DNA of 64,000 bases from Entomortierella parvispora E1425. Lineage: Eukaryota; Fungi; Mortierellomycota. Where the stretch lies: the NCBI GenBank assembly GCA_020891255.1, contig BQFW01000003.1:496001-560000 (forward strand), read 5' to 3'. Positions 47,735 through 59,600 of this stretch are shown in pieces. Both the position numbers and the translations under genes were made by a program. Every line of letters begins with the position of its first letter. Positions within the stretch are counted from its first letter, which is position 1. The notes beneath the pieces were generated by a model that was not told where the DNA came from, made no database searches, and saw only the letters and a program-made list of their open reading frames with translations.

Positions 47735-48475
47735 GACCATCCATCCATCAAAGAAGAGAGAAAGAGGGAGAAGAGGGAGAAGAAGAAGAAGAAGAAGAAA
47801 AAAAAAAAGAAAAAAAAGAGGCGCGTCCAGGAGAGACATTGAAATCAATCATTTCCCCCTTCTCCGTTCATCCAACACACACAACACATATAACACACAA
47901 CACATATAACACAACACACATATAACACACACACAACAGAAACAGACACACAGTCCAGCCACCGCCCACGGCCGATTCGGGGCACATGCGTCCCTGTTTG
48001 CATCGCTTCATTTGCATCCTTCCTTTCTTTCTTCCTCTGTCCCGCCCTTGACCTACCCTTGACCCTTGCTCTTCCTCCGGAAGACTGATACCACTCCGTC
48101 CACATCTATCCTCTCCAGAACTCAACTGCCAACGGAAACTACTGCTTTCTTTTCTTCTTTCTTTCTGCTACTACTCGTTATTTTATAGTTTTGGCGACCT
48201 ACTGCTCATCACACACATCCTTCCTTCCTTCCTCAAATCAATCTTGAAATCTCTTTGTTCCCTCCCTCTTCCGCAACCCATCCCTCTCTGAGCGATGAAC
48301 TAATGAGGATCTCGTCACTCTTGCCACCCCTCCATCCATCAGTCAACATTACTCTAGGTAACTGCCCCCTTGCATGGCCACGTTTCGATCAGCCTTTGCC
48401 TGTCCTCTCTGCCTTGCTTGCTCACGCACTCTCTGTTCTTATTTTGAAAAATAGTGACACACTGCACCCCACAAT

Positions 48476-48940
48476 ATGGCTCCTACGAACCCTCCCCCGA
48501 TGCAGACGCGTCGTCCGAGCACTAGGATCCGATTCCCTCCTCATAGCCTATCTTCCAGTCAGATAGAGACAAAGACCATCTCTTCCTCCGTCGGTGCTGG
48601 CAGAATCCCTGGTCGTCCAGGACGGCCGCGTAAAGGAGTCTCGGTCGAGGACCCGATCCCAGATACAGACACTTCAAGGAGAACCCGAGGGCGGCACTCA
48701 AAACCCATCAGGGAGCCTTCAACCGACTCTAACGACTCCCCACGATCATCATCTACTCCAGACCGTCATTCACCAAAGACATCCTCGGCTCAGGACATGG
48801 ATGTGGATGCTGAGGGACATGGGAATAATGGCGATAACGATGAAGGAGAGAAAGCAACCTCTCTTGACGTTGCTCCTCGGAGGGAAAAAACTTCAATGTC
48901 TACTCGGTCTACAGCAGACTCGCCCAGAAGCAATAATAGC

Positions 48941-48980
<40 letters not shown>

Positions 48981-51676
48981 GCAGCAGCAGCGATAATAAC
49001 TCAAAAAACACAAATAACAAACAGGACTCAAAGTCCCTTCCAGGGCGGAGAAGGCGAAATACCAATGAAGGTAACAATCACCACGTAAGCGAGGATAGGG
49101 ACATGGAAGAAGCGTCCAGTGGCTCGGATAACGAAAACAGAGATGGAGAGTCGGATGAGGACCAGCAAGGGTCAGGGTCGAATTCAAAGCAAAGCGGCTC
49201 AACCAGTAGACGACCCACAAGAAGACTTTTGCGCTCCAGCAAAATCTTGGTGCCACTGAGCCTGTCTGTGGACGGTCACGATGAAGATATGGGAAGTTTT
49301 CTTAGTCAGTACTCGGATGAGCAGCAGCTGCTTAAAACCAGCATCAGCGCTGCCGAGGCGCTATCTCGTCTTCTTCAGCACGGCATGCAGGATCCCGACA
49401 GTCTTCACCAAGACATCACGGACACGCCTGGCTACGAGCTTATCCGGCACACGTTTGGAGGTATGTTCTGTCCGCCTCCTCGATTTATGGTCAGGTGGCA
49501 GTAACTGCCACCGGAGAGACCATCGTGTGTTGCCTATGTCAGGAGTATACCCTTTGCTCACTCATTCTCCTTTTTTTTATCGGGATACAGATATCGAAGA
49601 CTTGAATCTTAATCTCACAGGAAACGCTTTGTCAGCGCCAGATGAGAGTAGCGTCGAGGATGATGATCTTACAAAGGAGCTCAAACGGGACCATCGTAGA
49701 GCCAAGAAGCAGCTGACCGAGCTTTCAAAGGAATACAAGGCATTCAAGAAGAGGTACCATTTTTCGACATTTCCTAATAGTTCCCAATTCCTTCGATGAT
49801 ATCAGTACACTAACGGCGCCGTCTTTTGTAGAGGGATTATGACACAATCGGAAGAATTGGACAGTGAAGCAGCCCAGATCCGAGCAGGAACTCACCCTGG
49901 TCTCCAGGCAGAACTAAAGGCGATCGAGGAGAGACGAAAGACAAAGCTGTGCGTTCTACTTGCTAGAAGGGATTATCTCTCTCGTATGGCTGAGAACACG
50001 TTTGATGCAGTATGCAAAGCTGCTCAGGACCAATATTCTGTAAGTTGAAACATCTCTTCCTCACCGTTGATTGACTGCCAACCTTCACCGAGTAGAGCAG
50101 CTTCTGATGTTGTTTACCTCAATTACTCTCTCAGGCTGGTCAGATGGCGACTAGAAAGTCCATGATCGAATTGGTGCAAAGTCGTATGAACAGTATCAAG
50201 CAGGAGCTGCTGCAAAGTAAACAAGTTGCTGCGGAGCAGGAAATGTTGGGAGAAATGGACGCACACGGAAGAAAGCTGGCGTACATGTCGGCGAATGGAA
50301 TTCAAACTTTTGCTTACGACTCATGCCCGGAAAGCTGCTCTAGCTACGACTCGTATTCTAGCTCAGGAAGCGACTGCAGTGATTGTGAAACATGTCGACC
50401 AGAGCGGAAACCAAGGCGACCGGCACTTGCTCCCCCTCTTGGACTTAATCGGAAAGAGCTGGCGATCGACCTTGCCTTTTTGTTCCCAAAACAAAGATCG
50501 GCCCCACACTATCATGGCTACGGCCGTGGATACGACCATGGATCGAGGGCTGGACCCGGTTCTGACTACAACTTTGGCGAACCCCGGAAAATAATACACG
50601 TGCCGCCATCGACTAGAAACCAACTGAGCCTGATTGATCAGCTGAACGACGAACGACGGAGGAAGAGGCGCGTTCTGGACCGAGAGATGCAGAATCCTGC
50701 CTCCTCGAAGAGACATCGTCCAAACGAGGTAGACTCCAAATCAAATGAAGGCACGGAAGGAGCCTCTACACATGAGGGACCGACGTCTCGACCCACCATC
50801 GGGGGTGTACGTACCGCTCACCGCCATTCTACAATACATCGCATGGCTGCACCCCGTCTGAACACTACTCCTCCTTCACACCGTCCTCGATTCGTTCCTG
50901 GATTTGGTCCGGATGGAGTTCAATTGCCCAAGTCGTCCTCCGCTCAAGGATCTGGACCAACGCCACCATCACAACCGCATCTATCGAGGACTGCGCCATC
51001 AAGACCCTTGTCTGGATCTGTTCCCCATGGACCATCCTATGGACTGAGTGCTCAAGATCGTCCAAGCGCTCGTCGGTACCAACGATATCCGATTGCGGAC
51101 AAATTCGGACGACCTTGGGATGCAACTCGCCCTGGTATTCCACGGCTTCCTGGATCCGAAATGCCATCTTATCCTTCCTCCTCATCTCTGTCGACCCCAT
51201 CTACGGCCCCGACGACCAGACAATATCCATACCCACAGCCGCCGCCTCCTTCACGCCCCCCATCATCTGCATCCATTTCAGGGCCTTATAATTCATCCAA
51301 AAACAGACCGGGACCTCCTAGGCTTGCCGGACCAAATCCTCGACCTGGTTATAGACCCTCAAACTCAATTCCGCCCCGACGACCGCCCGTGGAATACAAA
51401 CCTCACCCGATTCTACAGGAGCTTGAAAAGACTAAACGGGGACCTCGACCTCGGGGAGCGACGCAACAAACCTCGTCGTCATCCATGCCGGCCCCACCTG
51501 TCAGAAGCACTGCTCCAGCGTCGTCTGGTCATGTGTCGACGCCATCACTTTCCCCAGCACTGGGCTCCTCGTCAGCAACCATGGCGCCAGTATCTGCAAG
51601 GGTGACGGCGACCCCTGTTCAGAATACTACCCCAAAGTCTACTGAACAACAACATCGACAAGTCGCTGGTGAATGA
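48476..51676 (+). CDS. Sds3-like (Sin3/Rpd3L-associated) coiled-coil protein with an AT-hook-like motif and a Pro-rich tail
   Basis: Introns join ORFs 48476, 49281, 49839 and 50144 in frame. Segment EELDSEAAQIRAGTHPGLQAELKAIEERRKTKL..RRDYL resembles the Sds3/Dep1/BRMS1 domain. GRPGRPRK near the N-terminus. (AAC)13 poly-Asn at 48941-48979. Confidence 0.7.
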
Positions 51677-51944
51677 TAATAAACGAGTGACGCGCATGTA
51701 CTCATTTTTGCGGAAAACAAATTATATCTAAATTGTCCTGGAAATCTTGGTTTATTTTGTGAAAGGAACGAACTTTTTTTTTCTTGATTGCTGTATGGTA
51801 TCGTATGTGGATGTGAGGGGTGAAAGTTCAAAGGGACGTTGGATGGTATAGACAGTTAAAACGCGAAACAAGGTATATATATGCGAGAGGAAGGAAAGGG
51901 AGACAGGAAGAGGGTTCAAGGGCCGGGCGTGTCGTGGCGAGCCT

Positions 51945-54146
51945 CTAGACACTCTTGTCACCACCGCTGGCCGCGGTCTCGACTGAGGGCCAGGCACCAA
52001 AGTGGTCGTGCATCATCTGCTGAGGACTCAAGGGCGAGACCAAAAGACTGAGCCAGAGATGCATGCTCAGCATTTGCTGACTGCAACTGAGCCTTTGATC
52101 CACGCCGTAACCGCTTGCGGGTCTGGAAGCCAAGAAGGAAGAGCCCTGACTCCTGGGCTGTTGTTGTTGCTGAGAAGATCCACTCTCAAAGCCAGAGTGG
52201 CGACTGGAACTCCGGGTATAAACGACATCGCCCTCGGGAAAGCACAAAGGCACCTTGCTATCTTCAATAGTCGACAGCAGACCTGATGAGGGAGGAGTCA
52301 TGGATGCCGCTGTGGATGCAGAGGCAGCCAGAACTGCAGCTGCAGAAGGCAATGAGGACGAGAGTCGATGTCGGGACTGTGGAAGAACGACCGAGTTGGT
52401 TCTGGACCGGCCAGAAGACATGTTGTGGCGTGGGACAATGGTAGCGGAGGTGTTGATCGTTGTGGTAATCGGCGACAACTTTGGACGAGCACGTCCACTG
52501 CCCTTAGTGGGTGTGGACGAAGTGGCGACGGCGTTGGTCAGCTTGGCCGCTGTGGAAGAAGAGAGGCAACCGAGACCGACTGCAACCTGAATCCTCTGAC
52601 AGTCGACCCATTCTTGCACCTGCTTGTCTTCCCGTTGAAGTTCTTCTGCAAAGCAAGCCCTAGCGGCGATGGCCCATTGGCGAACGGCCCTTGGGACCTT
52701 GTTCTCGAGTGAGAGCAATTGCTGCATCAGACGCTTATCTTGTCTGACAGATGCAGGCTCAACCGACGTGGCAGCCCTTCTTGCAACAGGCATTGAGGCC
52801 AAAGACAAAGATGAAGAGGAAGGATGAACATAATTGGGAATGAGAATGGGCTTTGGGATATTCCTGGCTTGGGTCCTCTTTGAGCTGGACTTGAGCATGG
52901 AGAGAGAGAGGTCCACGTTGCGCTCTCGCTCAGGCTGTGCGAGCGCTCCCAGGACAGCCACTCGTTCCTGTGCTCTTTCGGCTCCTCCGGCTCCTCCTTC
53001 GACCTCGTCCTCGTTCTCTTCAGGAATCGAAATGGAGGGTCCTCGTTTCATACTAGCGCTCTGAGTCGAGCCACGAGCGGCAGACGCTGCGGTCACCTTG
53101 GCCTGCTGTTGAGCTCGGACCAGTCGTGCCAGTCTCATCTTGTGTGCATACAAATCTGGACGGAACTCTAAACCACCTGTCGATCCCGCCTCGACAGTGG
53201 TCTCTTCCAACGGCGCGTGTCGTTGTCTCTGCCTCTGTTGTCTTCGTTGACGGCGATCTGTTCGAGCCCGGAGGTTCAAAAAGTTCATGGTCCAAGCGAC
53301 ATGCATGGTTCTCAACACGGGAGGGAGGGCAAGGCTCACAGCGCCCAAGAAGCAGAGTTCTTGTGGCAAGGGCAAGTCCTTGACGCGATGCAACCTCTGT
53401 TGAACCAATTGAGCGAGGACCTTCTCTGAAGTGATCAACAAGGGATCCTGAGGATGCTGTTGATTGTCTTCCTGAGGGGGAATTGAACCGAAAATAACAT
53501 TGTCGAGGGGGTCCATATCCTTCAAGAACATGACCGAGTCATCATTGTCTTCACAAGGAAAAGCAAAAGACACGGGGGACAAGGCCGAGGATGAAACAGG
53601 TTCATCTGTCTCGTCCTCGTCGTCATGCTGAAATTTAGGGGCCCGGATAGCCTTTCGTCTCAGAGCCTTAAACACCAATCCTGGGAACAAGTTGGCAAGC
53701 GTCGCGGGGTAGACTCGGGTCGTTTGGGCAAAAGTGGAAGAGGTGGTTGAATCTGTGGTCATTGTGGAAGAAGAACCAGTGGAGGACAAGAGGGAACTCT
53801 GAGATCCCCTTCGAGATCCCAAAGTTGACGATGAGGGAGAGTGGGAGGAGGAGCAAGAGGAGACCTTACGACCAGTAACGGAAAGGACTCCAAAGTTGAC
53901 CAATTCATAGATCGAATACCGGCCATGCACCAATTCACCATCACAAGTGACTTTGTACCGACCAATCTCTCGAATATGGTTTCCAAGGATGGCGCCTAGC
54001 AAGGCGAGGTCCATTGTTCCCTGTGGCCCATAGGTCGTCAGAGCTCGCTTTCGCAAGAGAGAGTCGTGTCGAATTTGAAGAAGTTGCATTGGCGTGGCGG
54101 TCGTCATGGTGGATGTAGCACAAAGGTTGTTGCTTGACTTGGACAT
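51945..54146 (-). CDS. Uncharacterised intronless protein of about 733 aa
   Basis: Long stop-free ORF. The first ATG is at 54146 (MSKSSNNL), after a CT-rich leader. Composition is protein-like, with S/R-rich linkers. No family recognised. Confidence 0.65.
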   Translation of the reverse strand: MSKSSNNLCATSTMTTATPMQLLQIRHDSLLRKRALTTYGPQGTMDLALLGAILGNHIREIGRYKVTCDGELVHGRYSIYELVNFGVLSVTGRKVSSCSSSHSPSSSTLGSRRGSQSSLLSSTGSSSTMTTDSTTSSTFAQTTRVYPATLANLFPGLVFKALRRKAIRAPKFQHDDEDETDEPVSSSALSPVSFAFPCEDNDDSVMFLKDMDPLDNVIFGSIPPQEDNQQHPQDPLLITSEKVLAQLVQQRLHRVKDLPLPQELCFLGAVSLALPPVLRTMHVAWTMNFLNLRARTDRRQRRQQRQRQRHAPLEETTVEAGSTGGLEFRPDLYAHKMRLARLVRAQQQAKVTAASAARGSTQSASMKRGPSISIPEENEDEVEGGAGGAERAQERVAVLGALAQPERERNVDLSLSMLKSSSKRTQARNIPKPILIPNYVHPSSSSLSLASMPVARRAATSVEPASVRQDKRLMQQLLSLENKVPRAVRQWAIAARACFAEELQREDKQVQEWVDCQRIQVAVGLGCLSSSTAAKLTNAVATSSTPTKGSGRARPKLSPITTTINTSATIVPRHNMSSGRSRTNSVVLPQSRHRLSSSLPSAAAVLAASASTAASMTPPSSGLLSTIEDSKVPLCFPEGDVVYTRSSSRHSGFESGSSQQQQQPRSQGSSFLASRPASGYGVDQRLSCSQQMLSMHLWLSLLVSPLSPQQMMHDHFGAWPSVETAASGGDKSV

Positions 54147-56695
54147 TGTTTGAGAGATGGAGCGTAAGAAAAGGTAGTGGTGTTGGTTTTTGTTTTTTTT
54201 TTCGCGCGTGGTGGTGCTTTGAGATGAAGGTAGTACAAAGAAAGACAACGGAAGTTTATCGGCGGTAGGGTGGTTACTTGGAGGGCGTGCGAGGAGGGAG
54301 AGGGAAGGGTATGAGGCGGCAAGGAAAGCCAAGTGTGGGGTGGTCGTTAAAGAACAAAACAAAAGAAGGAAGAAGAGATAACAAGAAGACAAAGATAAAA
54401 GCGGAAGAGGTGAAAGAAAAGAAAAGAACAGAAGAAAGAGAAAGGATTCATGCAGAAAATGAAAGTGACGACCCCAAAAAAAAATTATAAAAAATAAGGG
54501 GGGAGGGTGAACAAGAGAACTATTTTTACGACGGGAAAGAGGAGACAGACCGGCGGAAAAGGCGGTTGAAGAGGAGTGAACGACGAGGAGAGGAGGTGGA
54601 AGGAGATGGTTCTGGGGTGGACAGGAACGAAAGCTAAATGGACAGGAACAAAGATGTGCAATGAGGATGGCCTGTGTAAAAAGGTAAAAAGAAACAAGGA
54701 ACGTGAGGGATGGGTTGAGAAAAGGACGGATGTAAGGAAGGAAAGAAGGACGGAGAAAAGGAGGTATCAACCGTAGAAACGAACAATTGTTTGTTATAAA
54801 GAGGGATAGATGGTGAAAGCCCAATGGTGTTTCCAAACATTAAGAGACCGTCTTGGCGACTCTTTTTTGCTCGTGCGTCTCTTCGTTGTTCCTGGTAATT
54901 CAATTGTTCATCCCGCCCTCCCCTCTCTTTCTCTCTCTTTCTCGCTCTCTCTCACTGTCCTTTTTTTTCTTCCCCCTCCTTCGTTCCACTCCCTTGGTTG
55001 CTTCTATTGGCCTCTTGCTTTTTACGATTACTCCTTCAATCTTACCTCCTGGAGTGATTACGAAGAAATACAAAAAGAAGAATTGTGCATTTCGTGAGTT
55101 CATTATCCTGTCAGACCATTTTAAAAACTGCCCAGAACCTGCGTTTGAGGATCTGGGGGTTCAAGGGTTACTACATTGACGATGACGTTCGATCTGATTC
55201 GATCACTTCGTCAATGATAACTCGGGCCGTCTTCTGGGCAGTAATCTTTGAAAAGGGGCAGACGGGGAACGTTTCGATATTCACAGTGCCATGTACATCG
55301 GATACCGTAAAAAGATTATTACAATCGATCGCGAGGATACTTCAATTGGGTTCATAGACTCCTCCTTCTTCCCAATAACAAACGAATACCTTTTGGCAAG
55401 GGCGCTGCTCCCGTGCCTAGTCCCCCTTCTTTCAACGATCGCCTTGCATGATAAAAGGTTTGGACGCACAAATACACATACACTACGGACACACACACAG
55501 ACAAAGACCATCTTTTTTAATTTAGTCGACGTTCAATTTCACAGCAGTCGGTGTCAATTTCCGAGGAGACGGGCGGGTGAACGACGTTTCAAGGACCTTT
55601 TTGTGGATTCCGATGTCCGTCATTGGAAACAAGAGTTTTTCATGGGACGTCCCTCCCTTCTTCCCCACCAATCTCCTCAGTCTCCTCCATACACCAATGG
55701 CAATAGGCAGGAACGCAGCGTCGAGAATACAACAGGTCCCCATTACATCCCAATTTTCTATTTCCGTTGTTTCTGGACAAGGGGGCGGTGCGCGGAGTTA
55801 TCCTTTGGGGGGAAATGAATCACATCACAATTAGCGTCGTAATACGTAAAATAAATGGACGTTCAATGTCATTTTTCTTTCCCGCGCGTTTGTTTCGCGT
55901 ATCACCCAAATTGAGACCTTTTTTTTGGACATCCTATCCCGTCCTGCTCCTTGCTGAGACACTCGTGTGCTCTCAGTAGGGCACTGTCGTCGCTCAGCAA
56001 CACAAGGGCCAAGAGAGGAGGGAGGATCGTCCAAGTCGTTTTGCATGCCTATGCACGGTGCATGGTGGCGGAGCCCTCGTTTTAGGTGTCTTTATCTTTT
56101 TACTTTCTCGTTTGCCAAGAAAGGGATTTGATAGATGTTGTTGATCTTTTGCTCTACCAACATTCTTTGGCGGACATTGATCTCGTTAAAGTAAAGGTGG
56201 TACTGTAAGGAAAGCAACACCGCCTGACGAGCTCTCAAAAATGGACAACCAAAACAGGCTGTGGGTAGGATTGATTGAGATTAGCCCGTTGGCCAAATTC
56301 TGGTACAATTGTTCAACCCAGTTCGACCACACTAATCAATTGTAAACATTACACACTCCAGTTAATATCAGTTTTTCGGTTGTAGAAACTGGCAGCAGAC
56401 GCAAAGGAACAGCCCAAATGGAGCATGCTATGTTGGGGAAACTGTCATCCCTGAGCGCTTTCGGACTTTATTGACGCCTCTCAAACTTGAAGGGTCAGCC
56501 AGGCTGCCAGCACAGAAACGCGCGCGAGTATCTCGTACGTGTAGCATTGAAACACGTACGATGCGCCTACCACAGAAACCATATTCTCGATCGCAAATGC
56601 TACATCATATCAATCACGTGATCATTTTTTGCTCTCGAGCAAAAAAAAAGCCTGGAGGTGATCACCTTTGCATCATTCGTTTCTAGCTCAAGAAC

Positions 56696-59600
56696 ATGGA
56701 TTTACCGACGGCGTTGGCCACCATCGAGAAGGCCTGTGCCGAGCAGCAGGTGCGAAACATGAGGGCTAGGACCGCCATTTGCATGGACCCATCAGCAAAG
56801 ACAATAGGATGCACCTCATTTCTCTATGTTCTTTTTTTCTAACCGTTGTTTCCCTTTATTTCTCTCAGCACCCATCTACTCGAGTGCAAGCCGAGAAGGT
56901 CTTGATCGAGTTCAAGCAGAGTGCCAACATTGTTCCTGTATGCCAGTATCTTCTAGGTACCGGGATTTCGTATATAATTGAAAGACATGCCGCAGTGCCT
57001 CAAGCTAACGTCATAATAGTGAAAGAGGATTGATTAACCACTTGTGCGCTAACATGTTTATTTTTGCGCCCTTCTTCTAGCCAACTCGACAACGCCTGCT
57101 GTTCAGTTCCACGCCGCTTCAGGAATCACAGGAGCCATTGTTCGGGAGTATGGATTGTATCAGAAGCAAGACATCCATAACCTACAGGCCTACCTCATCG
57201 GCTACAACCTCCATCAAACGCGATTGGTGACCTGGGTCAGTAAGCAGATCTACCAGGCGATTGCCGTGATCTCCAAGCGCGGCTGGCTTGAAGCTACTGA
57301 GGAGGAGCAGGATGTCGTTTATAACCACATTCTTCAACTTTTGTCTATGGGCGACAAGGAAAAGAAGATCGGACTGTCTTTGGCGCACGCCATGGTGGAT
57401 GAATTCTCGAGCAGAGGAAAGGCGAGCAGTGTGGGGTTGACTTGGGATTTCCATTACAAAACCAAGAACTCGTTCGAAGAGAGACATTTGAGATTGTTGT
57501 TCGAGGCGGCACTGAAGATCTTGCACGAGCAGCTCGGACAGCTTATTACGAACCAGGGTCAGGAAGTTTCAGGAGCTCAGAAGCCGCTTTTGAGTCTTTC
57601 CATAATGCTGTTGGAATCGATTCTTCAGTGGGACTTTTCTTCTACGAGTAAGTTTCTGGATCTGGACGGCCATCATGATGGTCCAGTACTTAGTCTTTCA
57701 AAACTAACAAATTCGTCTTTTCTAGGTCAACCTGTTTTGGCAGGAACATTTGCAGATGATGAGGATGACGTTCCAAAAACTATAGTTTACCCTGCCAGTT
57801 GGAGACCCGTCCTTGTGAACGCCGATGTCCTTTCTATGTTCTTCAGCGTAAGGATTGAGTTCTATGCATTCGTGATATTTCGAGAAGAATTAGGATTTTA
57901 ATAGGGTTTCTCAACGTTTTCTCATTTTAGCTGTTCCCTTTGGTTCAGGATGACAATATTATGACACACCGAGTTCGACAGTGTCTGATCCAGCTTTGTG
58001 GACTTCATGGAGCGATTTTTGAAAGCGACGAAGCGACAATTCATCACATTTCCGGAGTTATGAGAGGTCTTTTGACGCTCGTCAGCAAGTATGGTCCATC
58101 TCTGATAGCAGCGTATGACCTATGATGTTGTTAGAATGATGCACTTATAGAGTTCTCTGTTGCCTTCCCTTAGCGTTGCATCATGTTCATCGGATGAATG
58201 TCTGCAGGCGGACTACACGGAGAACCTTATCGCCATTACTGAGATGATTCGACAGCTCCTCTCCTTCCACTCTATTCAGACTATCTGCGCCGTGCCTGAC
58301 CGCTTCGACTTCTTGAATCAGGTCGCTCTGTTGACAATCCATACCCTGAACGAATCCGCCAAAGTTCCAGAGGAATCAGAGAGTTTAATGGGTGCCTTCG
58401 ATGAACTTTTGGTGACTTGGGTCAAACTCGTTCAGGACTCCCAGGCTGCAATCTCTGATCACAACTCTCCGTCGTTGGTCGCTGACGCCACGAATTTGCT
58501 GCAGTTTTTCCACAGCATCAGTTACCGTATCGTGGAAAAATATATCGACACTCGCCTCGAACTCGCTAAACTCAACGCTCTGGACGAGGAGGAGAGCGAT
58601 GGATTCCAGGACTGGGAGACGTATGGCGATCAACTCATTTCGATCGCAGCATTGGCAAGACTTGACCCCCACAACACCCTTCTTCGCCTTCAGACCCTCC
58701 TTCACGAGCGCATCGAGGCTCTTCAGGGATTCCTAAACACAACACAGGACGGCAGCCATCCAGATTATGTCGTGTTCCTGTACGAGCACCTCCATTGGTT
58801 GATTGTGATTACTGGATATGTCTTTGCGGACAACAATGTGGGCGAAACTGCTCTTGTTCCTGAAACTCTGAATGGGCTTTCAAAGACCCAGGCGTTAGCT
58901 CAGGATCAGCTTGTCAATATTTTCAGCAATCTGATGAGCCTTTTGGACTCGGTTTCGCTCGATTCTCATTCTGCTCAGGTAATGCCTCTGTCTTGCTGGA
59001 TGTCTCTTGGTCATTCCCAAGATCCGCAGTTTGTAACGACATGTCTTTTCGTTGTTGGATGGTTATAGGCTATCTCTTGCAGTCCTCAGGTTGCCCTGTC
59101 TTTGTTTTGGTTCCTTGAGCGCTGGGTAAAAACATATTTGTTCTGCAATCCCGAAAATTACGCCAGTCTCAGGTAATGTCACATGTAGTTGCCAGTCATT
59201 TGCCATAGCGTCACCCTTGTTCTCTGACGAAAACCACGCTTCTTTAATAGTCCCAACTTGTTGCAATCATATGGTGAGCCATCGCGTGGAGGTCAAGGAG
59301 TCACCATCCTGGAGTTTTTGATTGCCAAGCTTCGAATCAACTTTGTCATGTGGAATGCCGATCCGGACGTGCTAGTTCAGGTTATTGCTCTCCTCAATTC
59401 ACTCGGACAACGGTCAGCATTGCGCGATGCCTTGTTGCGATCAGGTAAGAGTGGATTAGAAATACTTCGTTTGTTTGTTTGGTATCGGGACAGGAAGCTT
59501 ATACTGCTCTGCTGTTATCTTAGAACAATTCCCTCCTCTCGTTCAATTCTTTATCGATAACCTCTCCGTTCTCCCCGAGGTCATCCACAAGTAAGTGCGA

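Noticed and set aside
47224-48125. Several ORFs with poly-DN, poly-I, poly-K and poly-SL runs
   Set aside because: They are translations of microsatellites that lack stop codons in several frames.
54147-54836. 230-aa F/L/S/P-rich N-terminal extension of ORF 51945..54836
   Set aside because: It begins at TTG, has no ATG before 54146, and is the translation of a CT-rich leader or promoter.
58085-58090. Possible GC-AG intron donor (A|GCAAGT) in XPO4
   Set aside because: The phase does not fit the acceptor at 58173. The GT donor at 58089 (AA|GTATGG) restores the frame.
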